A stretch of DNA of 64,000 bases, from the NCBI GenBank assembly GCA_029548865.1, contig JAKPMO010000004.1, forward strand, positions 128,001 to 192,000, in the 5' to 3' direction. Origin of the DNA: Caldisericota bacterium. Its GTDB lineage: Bacteria; Caldisericota; Caldisericia; JAAYUI01. How positions within the stretch are numbered: position 1 is the first letter of the stretch; every line of letters starts with the position of its first letter. Below, in pieces: positions 1 through 10,106 of the stretch. The translations under genes and the position numbers were made by a program. The notes beneath the pieces are model-generated. The model saw only the letters and a list, made by a program, of their open reading frames with translations, was not told the origin of the DNA and searched no databases.

Positions 1-2477
1 TCCCACGGAATTTTTCCATAAGTTGCTGGTGACCTGAGGGTAACATAGATTTTTTGGTTTTTTTCTAGCAAAATTGGACTTTTGATACGCAACTTTGATG
101 TCTGTTCAACACGCAGTTCCCTGTCAACATAAAGATCAAGACCAACTTTTCCAGGGAGTACTGGAATATCTATTGCTGTTGGGTGGCCGCATTTACCGAT
201 TGAGAAACCATGAGCCTTGTATTCATGGACAAAACAACCCCATTCATCAACAACATCACTGCACGGATATGAGTAGTAGCCGATTTTTATCTGGCTCATT
301 CTCACATCACCATAGTCGATGATCAGGTTGTTATTGAGGTCATTGTATATATCTTCGCCAACATCATATTCGCCATTTGGCTGATTCTCACCATGGATCA
401 CATCGTAAAAACGTAATGTGGTTGGCAAATTAAGGAGTGGGGCGCCACAGTCCAGGTCGCCTGCGGTTACATTTGTGCCGGCCTTGTAGGTGACAGTATT
501 GTTGCCCTTTGTGATCGTGACCTCTGTTATCCTTATGTCGGCTGATTCTACCTGGTTTGTGTTGCTTCTGTATTTCCTGTAAATCGATCTCTGGCAACCA
601 AATGCACCCGTTCCAATATCGGTGCATCTATACGCAGAAGAAAAACCTATTAGACCTTCGCCGCCCCAAGGGGGTGGCGATGTCCTTCCTGCATCTGGCG
701 ACTGGAGGCCTTCCTCGGCCCCAAGATAACTTTCGGAATGCTTGCCAGCCAAGAAGTCCGAATTAACATTGTTTGAAAATACCTCCGGACTTGGCCCGAG
801 AAGATTGTCTATTCCATTATCAAGGAATATTGATAACCCAAAATATGACCTGAAATCGGCTTTTACATTAAAGAACGTTGTCGATGGTATGGCGAAATCT
901 TCTGCAGAGCTATCAAGAGAAGTTGATTTATTGATGTTCTGGGAGCCAGTTAGCAACCTTCCGTATGGGTCATAGAGCGAGGTGACAGAATTTGCAGGGG
1001 TTGCGCCCATCCAGACATCAGACTGGACGACTACATCATACGTCGGTGCGAAAGGCCCAGATTGGAGCAATTCAACGGCCATGAAAAGATCACCGGCTTC
1101 AAGACCACCCAATACACAGTTGCCCTCGGCATTTGCATTCTCAAACTTGTGAGCATTTGTGTTTACATCCGTGAGTGCGATGTCTCTTTCGGTTACCGTT
1201 GCTTCGGCATCACCTTTTCTGTAAATGAACTCATGTGGGTCGTAGACGAGGTTCCTGTTTACATTTTCAGTGTGTAGCTCATCACCGGAGGCTGTTGTCC
1301 CGGAATGGACAAACTGGACCAGCAATCTTCCAACATCAAGATCGTCCCCTGGATCAAGAACGCCGATTGGCGGAGCATCAACTACTGAGGATCCTGCAAG
1401 GTATGTTCTTGGCTCACCGTTTGTCGATATGACGATTACATTTGTAAGCCTTGTGTCACCCGATGAAACTACCGGTGCTGTGGTAAGGTTTGTGGTTCTC
1501 CGATATATCCACTCTGCCGGTGTGTATCTTCCATCGGTGTTTATGTTCTCGGCGTGCCATTCTTCGCCTTGTTCAAAATCTGTGTCAAAGTCATTTACAA
1601 AAGGTACATAATGAAGGCCTATGTCCCACCTTTCGATTGTGGAACTGGAAACCGGCCTTGGTTTTAATGTAGTCCCTATAGATGGGATAATTGGGAAATC
1701 GGTGCTTGGATTGTTGTCCTGGATGAGTGGGAAGTCAGGCATGTCGACCCAACCGATCTGGAAAAGCCTTGTTCTTACAGGTGGTTTCTGGTTGAATGGA
1801 TCTGGCTGGAACCCCTCCCAGATCTCTTTGTCAATCCTAAAATACACTTCCGACCCCGATTTGTAGTTCGGCTGGATGGAGCCATCAGCTTTTGTCGGGA
1901 GGATAAAATATGGCCCCTGGGTGTTGTTGCAGTTTATGGGGTCAACATAACAGCATGGATTCAGTTTTATATTGTCCCATTGATATGATGGATCTGGGTC
2001 CCTGCCATAGTTTGGGTCATCTGGGTTCGCATAACCATAGTATCTGCAGTCTTCAAATGCCCCTGTTCTGGAGAACCAGAGTTGTCCGGCCGAGTCAAGC
2101 GCAGCTATAACTTTTTCGGTCAGGTTGGTTGCTTTGCTTGTTCCAGATTTGTTTAGATAGAAAATGGTATAATAAAGTGGGGTTGTCATTGTGGCCTGGG
2201 TGGCCCTTATGTTGTATCCGCCAGAGACGGCTAATGATGCATCTGGCATTGGAAATTCTGTTCTACCCCAAGAAGTCACACCTTCGCCATCAAAGGCATA
2301 ATTTTGTGCTGGAACAAGCTGATTTCCGCTCCATGCAGACCCTACTGGTGCCCATCTTGTAGCAGCGAAGACTGCTGACTGGTTGTTGCTCACTTGTTCG
2401 GCGTTGGCAAACGATGAAAATGGCAATCCATTAATAAGAATCAAAAGAGCCAAAATTAATCTGTAACTTTTTCTCAT
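1..2477 (-). CDS. Large secreted repeat-containing surface protein (partial, >820 aa, runs off the window start; absent from the ORF track)
   Basis: Manual translation from ATG 2477 (alternative ATG 2486) gives MRKSYRLILALLILINGLPFSSFANAEQ..., a signal peptide. The same frame was open in every segment I translated, down to ...SPATYGKIPW at position 3. It carries recurring HxENx5Yx3ExIY and GDxR(L/M) motifs. Confidence 0.85.
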   Translation of the reverse strand, partial: MRKSYRLILALLILINGLPFSSFANAEQVSNNQSAVFAATRWAPVGSAWSGNQLVPAQNYAFDGEGVTSWGRTEFPMPDASLAVSGGYNIRATQATMTTPLYYTIFYLNKSGTSKATNLTEKVIAALDSAGQLWFSRTGAFEDCRYYGYANPDDPNYGRDPDPSYQWDNIKLNPCCYVDPINCNNTQGPYFILPTKADGSIQPNYKSGSEVYFRIDKEIWEGFQPDPFNQKPPVRTRLFQIGWVDMPDFPLIQDNNPSTDFPIIPSIGTTLKPRPVSSSTIERWDIGLHYVPFVNDFDTDFEQGEEWHAENINTDGRYTPAEWIYRRTTNLTTAPVVSSGDTRLTNVIVISTNGEPRTYLAGSSVVDAPPIGVLDPGDDLDVGRLLVQFVHSGTTASGDELHTENVNRNLVYDPHEFIYRKGDAEATVTERDIALTDVNTNAHKFENANAEGNCVLGGLEAGDLFMAVELLQSGPFAPTYDVVVQSDVWMGATPANSVTSLYDPYGRLLTGSQNINKSTSLDSSAEDFAIPSTTFFNVKADFRSYFGLSIFLDNGIDNLLGPSPEVFSNNVNSDFLAGKHSESYLGAEEGLQSPDAGRTSPPPWGGEGLIGFSSAYRCTDIGTGAFGCQRSIYRKYRSNTNQVESADIRITEVTITKGNNTVTYKAGTNVTAGDLDCGAPLLNLPTTLRFYDVIHGENQPNGEYDVGEDIYNDLNNNLIIDYGDVRMSQIKIGYYSYPCSDVVDEWGCFVHEYKAHGFSIGKCGHPTAIDIPVLPGKVGLDLYVDRELRVEQTSKLRIKSPILLEKNQKIYVTLRSPATYGKIPW

Positions 2478-2559
2478 TTTCCTCATTCTACTATATACGT
2501 AGCGCTTTCAGTTTTTGTTACCCAAAATATATACACACGAATACCACGCGTGTTTATCG

Positions 2560-2588
2560 ATTCTATTATTGTACTATTCATGTGTCAA
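2560..2588 (-). promoter_or_regulatory. sigma70-like promoter of the large surface protein gene
   Basis: TTGACA-17nt-TAGAAT on the minus strand, followed by a 5'UTR hairpin ACACGCG-TGGTATT-CGTGTGT (2533-2553). Confidence 0.55.
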
Positions 2589-2606
2589 GCGTATTTTTTC
2601 CATTAC

Positions 2607-2634
2607 TTGAGTTAAAAAGCGTCCATGCTAGAAT
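2607..2634 (+). promoter_or_regulatory. Promoter of the C25 peptidase gene (leaderless geometry)
   Basis: TTGAGT-16nt-TAGAAT with a TGn extended -10. ATG lies 8 nt downstream, with no SD. Confidence 0.5.
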
Positions 2635-2642
2635 TGTTTTAA

Positions 2643-4811
2643 ATGAAAAAAACGATAAATTATATCATCTTAATTATCTTTATATTAACTATCTCACCTG
2701 TACACAAAGTCTTTTCAGAAGAGCAAAAACCTTGCTTTCTTATTATCTCAAAGCATCCGCAAGCACTTTTGGATGAGCTGGTCAAATCCAAAGAAGCGGC
2801 AGGATTTCAAGTTAAGTATATAAATATTGGTGAGATACCACATGATGATGATCTTGGGCCGAAAGATATCAGAATATTTTTGAAGAAGAATAAAGATGCC
2901 TGGAACATAAAATATCTGCTTATAGTGGGAACAGAAGATACCGTGCCCATGATGTATTGTTCTCCTGCCTCCGAGGGTGTTGTATCGAGAGACCTTGTTG
3001 ATACGCCAACAGATTTCTATTACTCGTCGATCTATGACGATTGGGACAAGGATGATGACGGAAGGGTTGGGGAGTACCCGGATGATGGGATAGCAGAACA
3101 CAAAGCCGATATTTTTGTTGGCAGGATACCGTTTGATGAACCGAAAACAATTTCCGAAATTTCCAAATCAATGGCCGAATTCGACAGCCTACCTGATTTC
3201 CAGAAAGCAAAGATGCTTTTTGGTGGTGCAATGCTTGGTTTCCAGGGTGAGGTCTGGGACGACAAGATAATGGAAAGAACAGACGGTGGGGAATACTGCG
3301 AGAAAATATATTCGGAAATTTTTAGTGGCAAGGGATTTTCCAGATACAGACTCTATGAAAAAGATGGTTTTCTTCCATCTCCATTCCAATGTGAAGAGCC
3401 GCTCAACGCAGAGACTTTCGGCTACCAGATACCAAACAGGTATGGGCTTGTCTTGTGGACTGCCCATGGCTCGCCTGAACATATAGTTAGGACAGTCTGG
3501 AACTCGGGTAGTGCCCAAAAATCCTCTCCTTCCAAGGCCGATCTTTCACAGCCAAGACTCCTGAACTCAACCCAGATGACAGGTGCCAAGACCAGGTGGG
3601 GGATTGTTGTTTCGGCATCTTGCTCAACATCGAACCCTTCCGCAGGAACGGGTCTGGGTGCTTCGGTAATCAAGGCTGGTGCTTCAGCTTATGTTGGTTC
3701 AACCAGGGTTGCCTGGTCACCATCATACTGGAGGAAACTCGAAGATGGCGGAATGGACACTATTTTGTACCTCTTTTGCAGGTACCTTTCCGTTCCAGGC
3801 ACATCCGTGGGGCAGGCAATCGCACAGGCGAGGGTTGAGTTTGCCAAACAATATTTCTTTGGTGACATCGAGGACCCAATCGAGTCGGCCCAGATGAATA
3901 TTTACAACTTCAATCTCTATGGCGATCCATCGGTTTGCCTGATAAAGGGTGATATTGGAGGAAGCGTCGAAATACTTGAACCAAGCATCAGCGCCTCTCC
4001 TGGAGAAGTGGCAAAATGGGAGGCAAATATCTCCGGCAGCGATTTGACTGGCAATATCTTTCAGGTGATCCCGGACAAGCAGGACATGAGCTGGGCCGTC
4101 CCGGAAGTCGTGATTGCTGGAAACAAGCTTGTTTTGACAGCAGAAATTCCATCATCAGTTCCTAACGGCAAGAGATTTTGGATACTCCACCAGAAGAGGG
4201 GCGACCTGTCGTCGCAAATACCGATAGTTCTCAATATTGTGCCAAAACCGGAGGCCAGCTTTGGATTTTCATCAGGAGATGGCGCGATAATCCCGTTTTC
4301 AAGGGTCAAGTCCAGCCTTAATTTGACACAGAAAACAAAATATCTTGAGGTCACACTGAAATATGATCCTGACAAAATCAAGTTTGTTTCCATAGGTCAG
4401 CCATCAAAAAAATCAGATGTTTTCTCGTTTTTTGATAACCATTTTGGTCTTGCATACATCAGGATTTCAGGAGCTTCCGAGGTACTGCCGCTGATAAGCT
4501 TCAGGGTGATGAAATTTGTAGGAAAAACATCAATCGATGTATCAAAAATTGTTGCAATGACAGACAGACCGGAGGCTTTAGCCATCCAGTCCAAATCGTT
4601 TGAAATAGCAATTGGGGAGAAAGAACTTTGGATCTCGAGAGCCGATTTTGATAGATCTGGTAAAGTGGATTCTTTTGACCTAGCGCTTCTTCTGTCGCGA
4701 ATCGGGTGCACAAAACAGGACCCAAAATATGATCCAGTTTATGATCTGGATGATAACGGCCTGATAGATTTTATTGATTACAGCCTTGCTTTCAAAAGAA
4801 TCAGTGGTTGA
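2643..4811 (+). CDS. Secreted C25 (gingipain-like) cysteine peptidase with C-terminal cohesin-like and dockerin-like modules
   Basis: Signal peptide; KYLLIVG, PTDFYYS and IFVGRIP motifs; candidate catalytic His (AHG) and Cys (ASCS); duplicated Ca-loops DFDRSGKVDSFD and DLDDNGLIDFID at the C-terminus. Confidence 0.8.
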   Translation: MKKTINYIILIIFILTISPVHKVFSEEQKPCFLIISKHPQALLDELVKSKEAAGFQVKYINIGEIPHDDDLGPKDIRIFLKKNKDAWNIKYLLIVGTEDTVPMMYCSPASEGVVSRDLVDTPTDFYYSSIYDDWDKDDDGRVGEYPDDGIAEHKADIFVGRIPFDEPKTISEISKSMAEFDSLPDFQKAKMLFGGAMLGFQGEVWDDKIMERTDGGEYCEKIYSEIFSGKGFSRYRLYEKDGFLPSPFQCEEPLNAETFGYQIPNRYGLVLWTAHGSPEHIVRTVWNSGSAQKSSPSKADLSQPRLLNSTQMTGAKTRWGIVVSASCSTSNPSAGTGLGASVIKAGASAYVGSTRVAWSPSYWRKLEDGGMDTILYLFCRYLSVPGTSVGQAIAQARVEFAKQYFFGDIEDPIESAQMNIYNFNLYGDPSVCLIKGDIGGSVEILEPSISASPGEVAKWEANISGSDLTGNIFQVIPDKQDMSWAVPEVVIAGNKLVLTAEIPSSVPNGKRFWILHQKRGDLSSQIPIVLNIVPKPEASFGFSSGDGAIIPFSRVKSSLNLTQKTKYLEVTLKYDPDKIKFVSIGQPSKKSDVFSFFDNHFGLAYIRISGASEVLPLISFRVMKFVGKTSIDVSKIVAMTDRPEALAIQSKSFEIAIGEKELWISRADFDRSGKVDSFDLALLLSRIGCTKQDPKYDPVYDLDDNGLIDFIDYSLAFKRISG

Positions 4812-6309
4812 AGTGTCTCTGTCCTGAGAAAACCAGACCAATCCCAAGTTTGTTTGCCGCTGCAATCACTTCATCGTCTCTGATGGAACCGCCTGGTTCA
4901 ATGATTGCTTTTACCCCAAAGCTTGCCGCGTGCTCAATCGAATCTGCAAACGGGAAGTATGCATCAGAGGCAAGATAGGAGCCCTTGGCTTTTTCGCCGG
5001 CCTGTGATGAGGCGATTTTCACGGAACCAACCCTGTTTGGTTGACCGGCACCAACACCTACTGTTGCAAAATCTTTTGCCAGAACTATTGCATTGGATTT
5101 TACATGCTTGGCCACCGCCATGGCAAAAGTGAGCTGTTCGAGATCGTGCTCGGATACTGGAGTTTCGCCAGCAATTTTGAATGAGTCAGCCAGGCTGAGA
5201 TCGGGTTGCTGGAAAAGAGTTCCGAACATTGTTGATCTGATGGCAAATTTTGCCCTGGGAAGGTCTTTATTGTATGTCACCAGTCTTGTATTTTTTTTCT
5301 TCGCAAAAATAGAGAGTGCCTCTTTGCTGAAATCTTTTGCGATAATCACTTCGACAAATAGTTTTCCAACCTCGATTGCTGCTTCCTCGTCAATTGTGTC
5401 ATTTATAGCAACGATACCGCCATACGCGGAAACTGGGTCGCATTCCAGTGCCCTAAGGTAGGCCTCTTTCATGCTTGTGCCTATCGCCACCCCGCATGGA
5501 GTGAGGTGTTTGACAATTACAGCACATGTTGGATCAAACTCCAGCAGTGTCGAGAGCGCGGCATCAATGTCGAGGATGTTGTTGTAGGAGAGCTCTTTCC
5601 CTTGTAGTGATGCAATTGGCCACTCATTGTTGCCGACGGAATAAAGCCCGGCCTGCTGGTGAGGGTTTTCACCATACCTGAGAGGCATCACCTGCCTTGT
5701 ATGGATTGTTTCAGGAACACCAAGATGGTCTTTTATAGGACCTTCAAGATATGCTGATATTGCGCCATCGTATGCGTTTGTTGTTCTAAAAGCTCTGATC
5801 GCAAGAGATTTCTTGTACTCAATGTCAAACCTGCCAAGTGAAAGCCTCTCGATGAACTCACTATATTGTGAAGGATCACTAAGGATTGTGACATGCTGGA
5901 AGTTTTTTGCGCTTGCGCGGAGGAGTGTTACACCGCCGATGTCTATCTCCTCAATGGCCTTCTCAAGAGTGCAGTCCTGTGATGCGATGGTTTTTTCAAA
6001 AGGATAGAGATTACAGATCACGATATCTATCGACTCGGCAGTCATTTTGCCAAGCTCTTCCATGTCTTTGGGGTTGTCTCTCCTGCAGAGTATTCCGGCG
6101 TGGATTTTGGGATGGAGCGTCTTGACCCTGCCGCCAAGGACCTCAGGTGAGCCCGTATAGCTGGCAACTTCAGTAATCTGGAAGCCTAGTTTTCTAAGGT
6201 GGTCTGCTGTTCCGCCCGTTGAAAGGATTTTATAGCCTGTCTGTGTGATTGCCCTAGCGAGTGGCTCAAGTCCTGTTTTATCGTGCACTGAAATGAGAAC
6301 GTAGCTCAT
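4801..6309 (-). CDS. purH: Bifunctional AICAR transformylase/IMP cyclohydrolase
   Basis: GGRVKTLHP, IDIGG, LRYGENPHQ, VKSNAI and ASDAYFPF motifs. Confidence 0.97.
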   Translation of the reverse strand: MSYVLISVHDKTGLEPLARAITQTGYKILSTGGTADHLRKLGFQITEVASYTGSPEVLGGRVKTLHPKIHAGILCRRDNPKDMEELGKMTAESIDIVICNLYPFEKTIASQDCTLEKAIEEIDIGGVTLLRASAKNFQHVTILSDPSQYSEFIERLSLGRFDIEYKKSLAIRAFRTTNAYDGAISAYLEGPIKDHLGVPETIHTRQVMPLRYGENPHQQAGLYSVGNNEWPIASLQGKELSYNNILDIDAALSTLLEFDPTCAVIVKHLTPCGVAIGTSMKEAYLRALECDPVSAYGGIVAINDTIDEEAAIEVGKLFVEVIIAKDFSKEALSIFAKKKNTRLVTYNKDLPRAKFAIRSTMFGTLFQQPDLSLADSFKIAGETPVSEHDLEQLTFAMAVAKHVKSNAIVLAKDFATVGVGAGQPNRVGSVKIASSQAGEKAKGSYLASDAYFPFADSIEHAASFGVKAIIEPGGSIRDDEVIAAANKLGIGLVFSGQRHFNH

Positions 6310-6917
6310 TGATCCTCCTTTATTAGCGTCTTTCTTCCAGAAACGCTTACTCTCCCATCAAGCATGATTTTGCATGCCCTCCAGAGTGTGTCATGCTCTA
6401 CCGAAAGTATTCTATCGGCAAACGTCTCTTCGGTGTCTGTTTCAAGAACTTCTACAGGCTTCTGGATGAGTATGGGGCCTGTGTCGCAACCCTCATCAAC
6501 TATGAATACCGTGCACCCGGAGACCTTTACCCCGTAATCAAATGCCTGTTGTTGTGCATCAAGGCCCGGGAAGGACGGCAGAAGCGAAGGATGGATATTG
6601 ATAACCCTGTTTTTGAAACGCCGGATGAAATTGGGTGTTACAAGCATCATAAATCCGGCGAGTACTACCAGGTCCGCATTGGATGGGGCGAGGATGCCTG
6701 CCAGATGATCGAAAAAGACTTCTCTTGACTCAAAATCTTTCAGCTTGCAAACCTGATAGGGGATATTCTTGTCCCTGCAAAATTCAAGCGCAGGTGCTTT
6801 TGATTTGTTTGAAACCACAAGACAAATTTCTGCTTCTAGCTTACCCTGTTCTATTGCGCCGTAGAGCGCCTTGAGATTGGAGCCCCTGCCAGATACTAGA
6901 ACTGCAATCTTTTTCAT
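6306..6917 (-). CDS. purN: Phosphoribosylglycinamide formyltransferase
   Basis: SGRGSNL, LAGFM and INIHPSLLP motifs; lies in the pur cluster. Confidence 0.96.
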   Translation of the reverse strand: MKKIAVLVSGRGSNLKALYGAIEQGKLEAEICLVVSNKSKAPALEFCRDKNIPYQVCKLKDFESREVFFDHLAGILAPSNADLVVLAGFMMLVTPNFIRRFKNRVINIHPSLLPSFPGLDAQQQAFDYGVKVSGCTVFIVDEGCDTGPILIQKPVEVLETDTEETFADRILSVEHDTLWRACKIMLDGRVSVSGRKTLIKEDQ

Positions 6918-7918
6918 CAGACAAGCCCGAAAGAAGGCTCCCCGTCACCCTCGACTGTTCCTATGGCTACCGAGCCTGGGTAGAGGGACATTGTTTTTGA
7001 GGCTTCTTCTTCCGGTACAAACAATGCCATGCCGATTCCCATGTTGAAGGTCCTGAATGCGTCTTCATCTGAAAGCTTGGCCTCTTTGATAAGGAACTCG
7101 ATTATCGGGATTTTTGGGAGGCTGTTTCTTTTTACGACCGCTTTTCCAGAGCCCATGATTCTTGGAAGGTTGTCAGCGAGGCCACCACCCGTTATGTGGG
7201 AGATACCGTGGAGTTCAACAGCTTGTGCTATTTTGACAATATATTGGGCATATATTTTTGTTGGCTCGAGAAGCGCAAGACCAAAGTGGTCAATCCCGTC
7301 AAATTTTGAATCCAGGGAATATTTTGATGCAATCTTCCTGACAAGCGAATATCCGTTTGAATGGAGTCCTGATGATGGCAGTCCAACTATTATATCACCT
7401 TTTTTTATCTTTGATCCATCGATGATCTTTGATTTCTCGACTATTCCAACTGCAAAACCTGCAAGGTCATATTCGTTGGGCTGGTAGATGTCACCCATCT
7501 GGGCAGTTTCTCCACCAATTAGGGCGCATCCAGCCTGAACGCAACCCTCGGCCACACCTTTTATTATCTGGTATGACACTTCTTCATCGAGCCTGTTTAC
7601 GGCCAGATAATCAAGAAAATACAGTGGTTTTGCGCCTGAGCAGACTATGTCATCAACGTTCATGGCCACGCAATCAATACCAACCGTGTCGTGTTTGCCA
7701 AGTGCCTGGGCGATCTTCACTTTTGTCCCGACACCATCGGCGCCTGAGACCATGACGGGGTTCGAATAACCCTTTGGGACCTCAAAAAAACCGCCAAAAA
7801 AACCTATTCCACCCAAGACACCGGGAATAATTGTCCTTTTTGCGGCTTCTTTTATTTTTTCGACAAACCTGTCTGAGGCGTCAATAGAAACTCCCGTTGA
7901 CTCATAGGCCTTGCTCAT
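6917..7918 (-). CDS. purM: AIR synthase
   Basis: DGVGTK, FLDY, GGETA, HSNGYS, HITGGG and TFNMGIG motifs. Confidence 0.97.
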   Translation of the reverse strand: MSKAYESTGVSIDASDRFVEKIKEAAKRTIIPGVLGGIGFFGGFFEVPKGYSNPVMVSGADGVGTKVKIAQALGKHDTVGIDCVAMNVDDIVCSGAKPLYFLDYLAVNRLDEEVSYQIIKGVAEGCVQAGCALIGGETAQMGDIYQPNEYDLAGFAVGIVEKSKIIDGSKIKKGDIIVGLPSSGLHSNGYSLVRKIASKYSLDSKFDGIDHFGLALLEPTKIYAQYIVKIAQAVELHGISHITGGGLADNLPRIMGSGKAVVKRNSLPKIPIIEFLIKEAKLSDEDAFRTFNMGIGMALFVPEEEASKTMSLYPGSVAIGTVEGDGEPSFGLV

Positions 7919-10106
7919 CCATCACCTTCCTCAGGGAATTCTCATAGAGCTCTTTCAGCTCCTGCACTGGGATATCAAATGAACCTGTCACCGATAGTGT
8001 TTTGCCGCCAACAACGCCAAGTATTTTTATCTGTGTTTCGTTCTGGGCGCATATCTCGGTGAGCCTTGAAACACAATCTGGAGATACAGTCACCAGAGCC
8101 CTTGCGTTGCTCTCGGAGAAAAGCTGTTCTGTTATATGGATGCCAGTTGCCTTCAGGGCGATTTGCGCGCCAAGGCCTGAGTTGCACACGCACTCAACGA
8201 GTGCCTGTGCAAGACCGCCCTCTGAAAGATCAGTTGCCGAACGAATAATGCCTTCACTAGTTGCTGCGAGAAGCGTTTTTGAAAGTGAAACCTCTGCATT
8301 AATTCTGATCATTGGCGGTGTACCAAAAGTCTCTCCGGTAAGCATCTCAAAGAGTGCCGATCCGCCGAGTTCTGGCAATGTTTCACCAAGCAGCACGATG
8401 ACGTCTCCGGTGTTCTGGAAGTCTGGCTTGTTTATTTTTCCAGCCCTTGCCTTGCCAACCATGACTACGACAGGGGTTGGTTTTATGGCCCCGCTTGGAC
8501 TTTCGTTATAGAAGCTGACGTTTCCGGAGATGACCGGGATGTTGAGGGCCCTCAAGGCATCGCACATCCCAAGGACACTCTGCTCGAATTCGTAGTAGAT
8601 TTCAGGATTGGTTGGGTTGCCGAAATTCAGGCAGTCAGAAACGGCAAGCGGGGTGAATCCTGCCGCCCACAAATTTCTTGCTGCCTCACAAATTGTTGCC
8701 TGGCCTCCGCCAAATGGATTCAGGTAGCAGTGCCTTGGTTTTGCGTCGGATTTGATGGCAAGCAGTGTGTCAGTGCCCTTGACCCTTACAATCCCAGGAC
8801 CAAGTGATGGTGGTATTACTGTGTTTGTGAGGAGTGTTGTGTCGTACTGGTGCCACACCCATTCCCTTGAACAACCGTTGAAGGAGGAAGCCATCTTTTT
8901 TACAAGATTGGCATAGTCCCATGATGGAACCTGGAAACCATGCGGTTCCCTGCGCCTCTCTTCGAGGTTCGGCCTTGATGTGTCCATCTTGTAGCACGGG
9001 GCACCCTTGGTGAGGTGTGGTATCGGGATTGTTGCGACAACTTCGCCCTTTTCGATGACTGTTAGCAATCCATCGGCCGTTACTTCGCCAACAACTGCAG
9101 ACTCCAGCTCCCATTTTGTGAGTATCTGGCTGACAGATTCGACCATGTCGGGTTTGCAGATGACCAGCATTCTTTCCTGGCTCTCGGAAAGCATGACCTC
9201 GTAGGCCGTCATGTTCTCTGCACGTTTTGGGACTGCATCGATGTTCAGGACGAGGCCCATATCGCCCCTACCGGCCATTTCGACCGAGGAGGATGTTAGT
9301 CCGGCAGCACCAAGATCCTGGACTCCTTCGACAAGGTCTTTCTCGATGAGTTCAAGAGTTGCCTCTATGAGGAGTTTCTCAAGGAACGGATCGCCAACCT
9401 GTACTGCGGAGCGTTTCTCTTCAGACTCTTTTGAAAGGACGTCCGAAGCAAACGTCGCGCCATGGATTCCGTCCCTTCCAGTCCTGGCACCAATGAGCAT
9501 GACAATGTCACCTGGTTCGGAGGCCCTTGCATAACGGATTTCCTCTTTCTTGGCAATGCCAAGGCAAAACACGTTTACCAGGGGGTTTATTGTGTAAGAT
9601 TTGTCAAAATGAAGTTCTCCACCAGCGTTTGGGACGCCGACACAATTGCCGTAGCCACTTATTCCGGCAACAACTCCTTCAAGAAGGCTCCTGTTGTGGG
9701 GGTCATTCGGGTGGCCAAAAAAAAGTGGATCAAGGGAGAGGATGGGTCTGGCGCCCATTGTGAAAACATCTCTTATGATGCCGCCAACGCCTGTTGCGGC
9801 ACCCTGGTATGGCTCTATGGCTGATGGATGATTGTGGCTTTCAACCTTAAAGATTGCAGTATATCCATCGCCAATATCAACTACGCCGGCATTTTCACCT
9901 GGCCCCTGAATGACGGCAGGGCCCTGTGTTGGGAAGTTCTTGAGCACCATTCTAGACGATTTGTAGGAGCAGTGTTCCGACCACATCACCGAGAATATGG
10001 CCAGCTCAAGAAAATTTGGCGTCTTTTCGAGTCGCGTCTTGATGTCTTCAAACTCGATTTTTGTCAAACCAAAATTTTGTGCGTCCTGAAGTGTTCCTTC
10101 TCTCAT
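7902..10106 (-). CDS. purL: FGAM synthase subunit PurL (small form)
   Basis: MWSEHCSYKSS, KVESHNHPS, DGIHGA, SESQERM and GNVSFYN motifs; 734 aa with no glutaminase domain. Confidence 0.97.
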   Translation of the reverse strand: MREGTLQDAQNFGLTKIEFEDIKTRLEKTPNFLELAIFSVMWSEHCSYKSSRMVLKNFPTQGPAVIQGPGENAGVVDIGDGYTAIFKVESHNHPSAIEPYQGAATGVGGIIRDVFTMGARPILSLDPLFFGHPNDPHNRSLLEGVVAGISGYGNCVGVPNAGGELHFDKSYTINPLVNVFCLGIAKKEEIRYARASEPGDIVMLIGARTGRDGIHGATFASDVLSKESEEKRSAVQVGDPFLEKLLIEATLELIEKDLVEGVQDLGAAGLTSSSVEMAGRGDMGLVLNIDAVPKRAENMTAYEVMLSESQERMLVICKPDMVESVSQILTKWELESAVVGEVTADGLLTVIEKGEVVATIPIPHLTKGAPCYKMDTSRPNLEERRREPHGFQVPSWDYANLVKKMASSFNGCSREWVWHQYDTTLLTNTVIPPSLGPGIVRVKGTDTLLAIKSDAKPRHCYLNPFGGGQATICEAARNLWAAGFTPLAVSDCLNFGNPTNPEIYYEFEQSVLGMCDALRALNIPVISGNVSFYNESPSGAIKPTPVVVMVGKARAGKINKPDFQNTGDVIVLLGETLPELGGSALFEMLTGETFGTPPMIRINAEVSLSKTLLAATSEGIIRSATDLSEGGLAQALVECVCNSGLGAQIALKATGIHITEQLFSESNARALVTVSPDCVSRLTEICAQNETQIKILGVVGGKTLSVTGSFDIPVQELKELYENSLRKVMDEQGL

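Noticed and set aside
95..2362. Series of short plus-strand ORFs
   Set aside because: They are antisense to the single long minus-strand surface protein frame.
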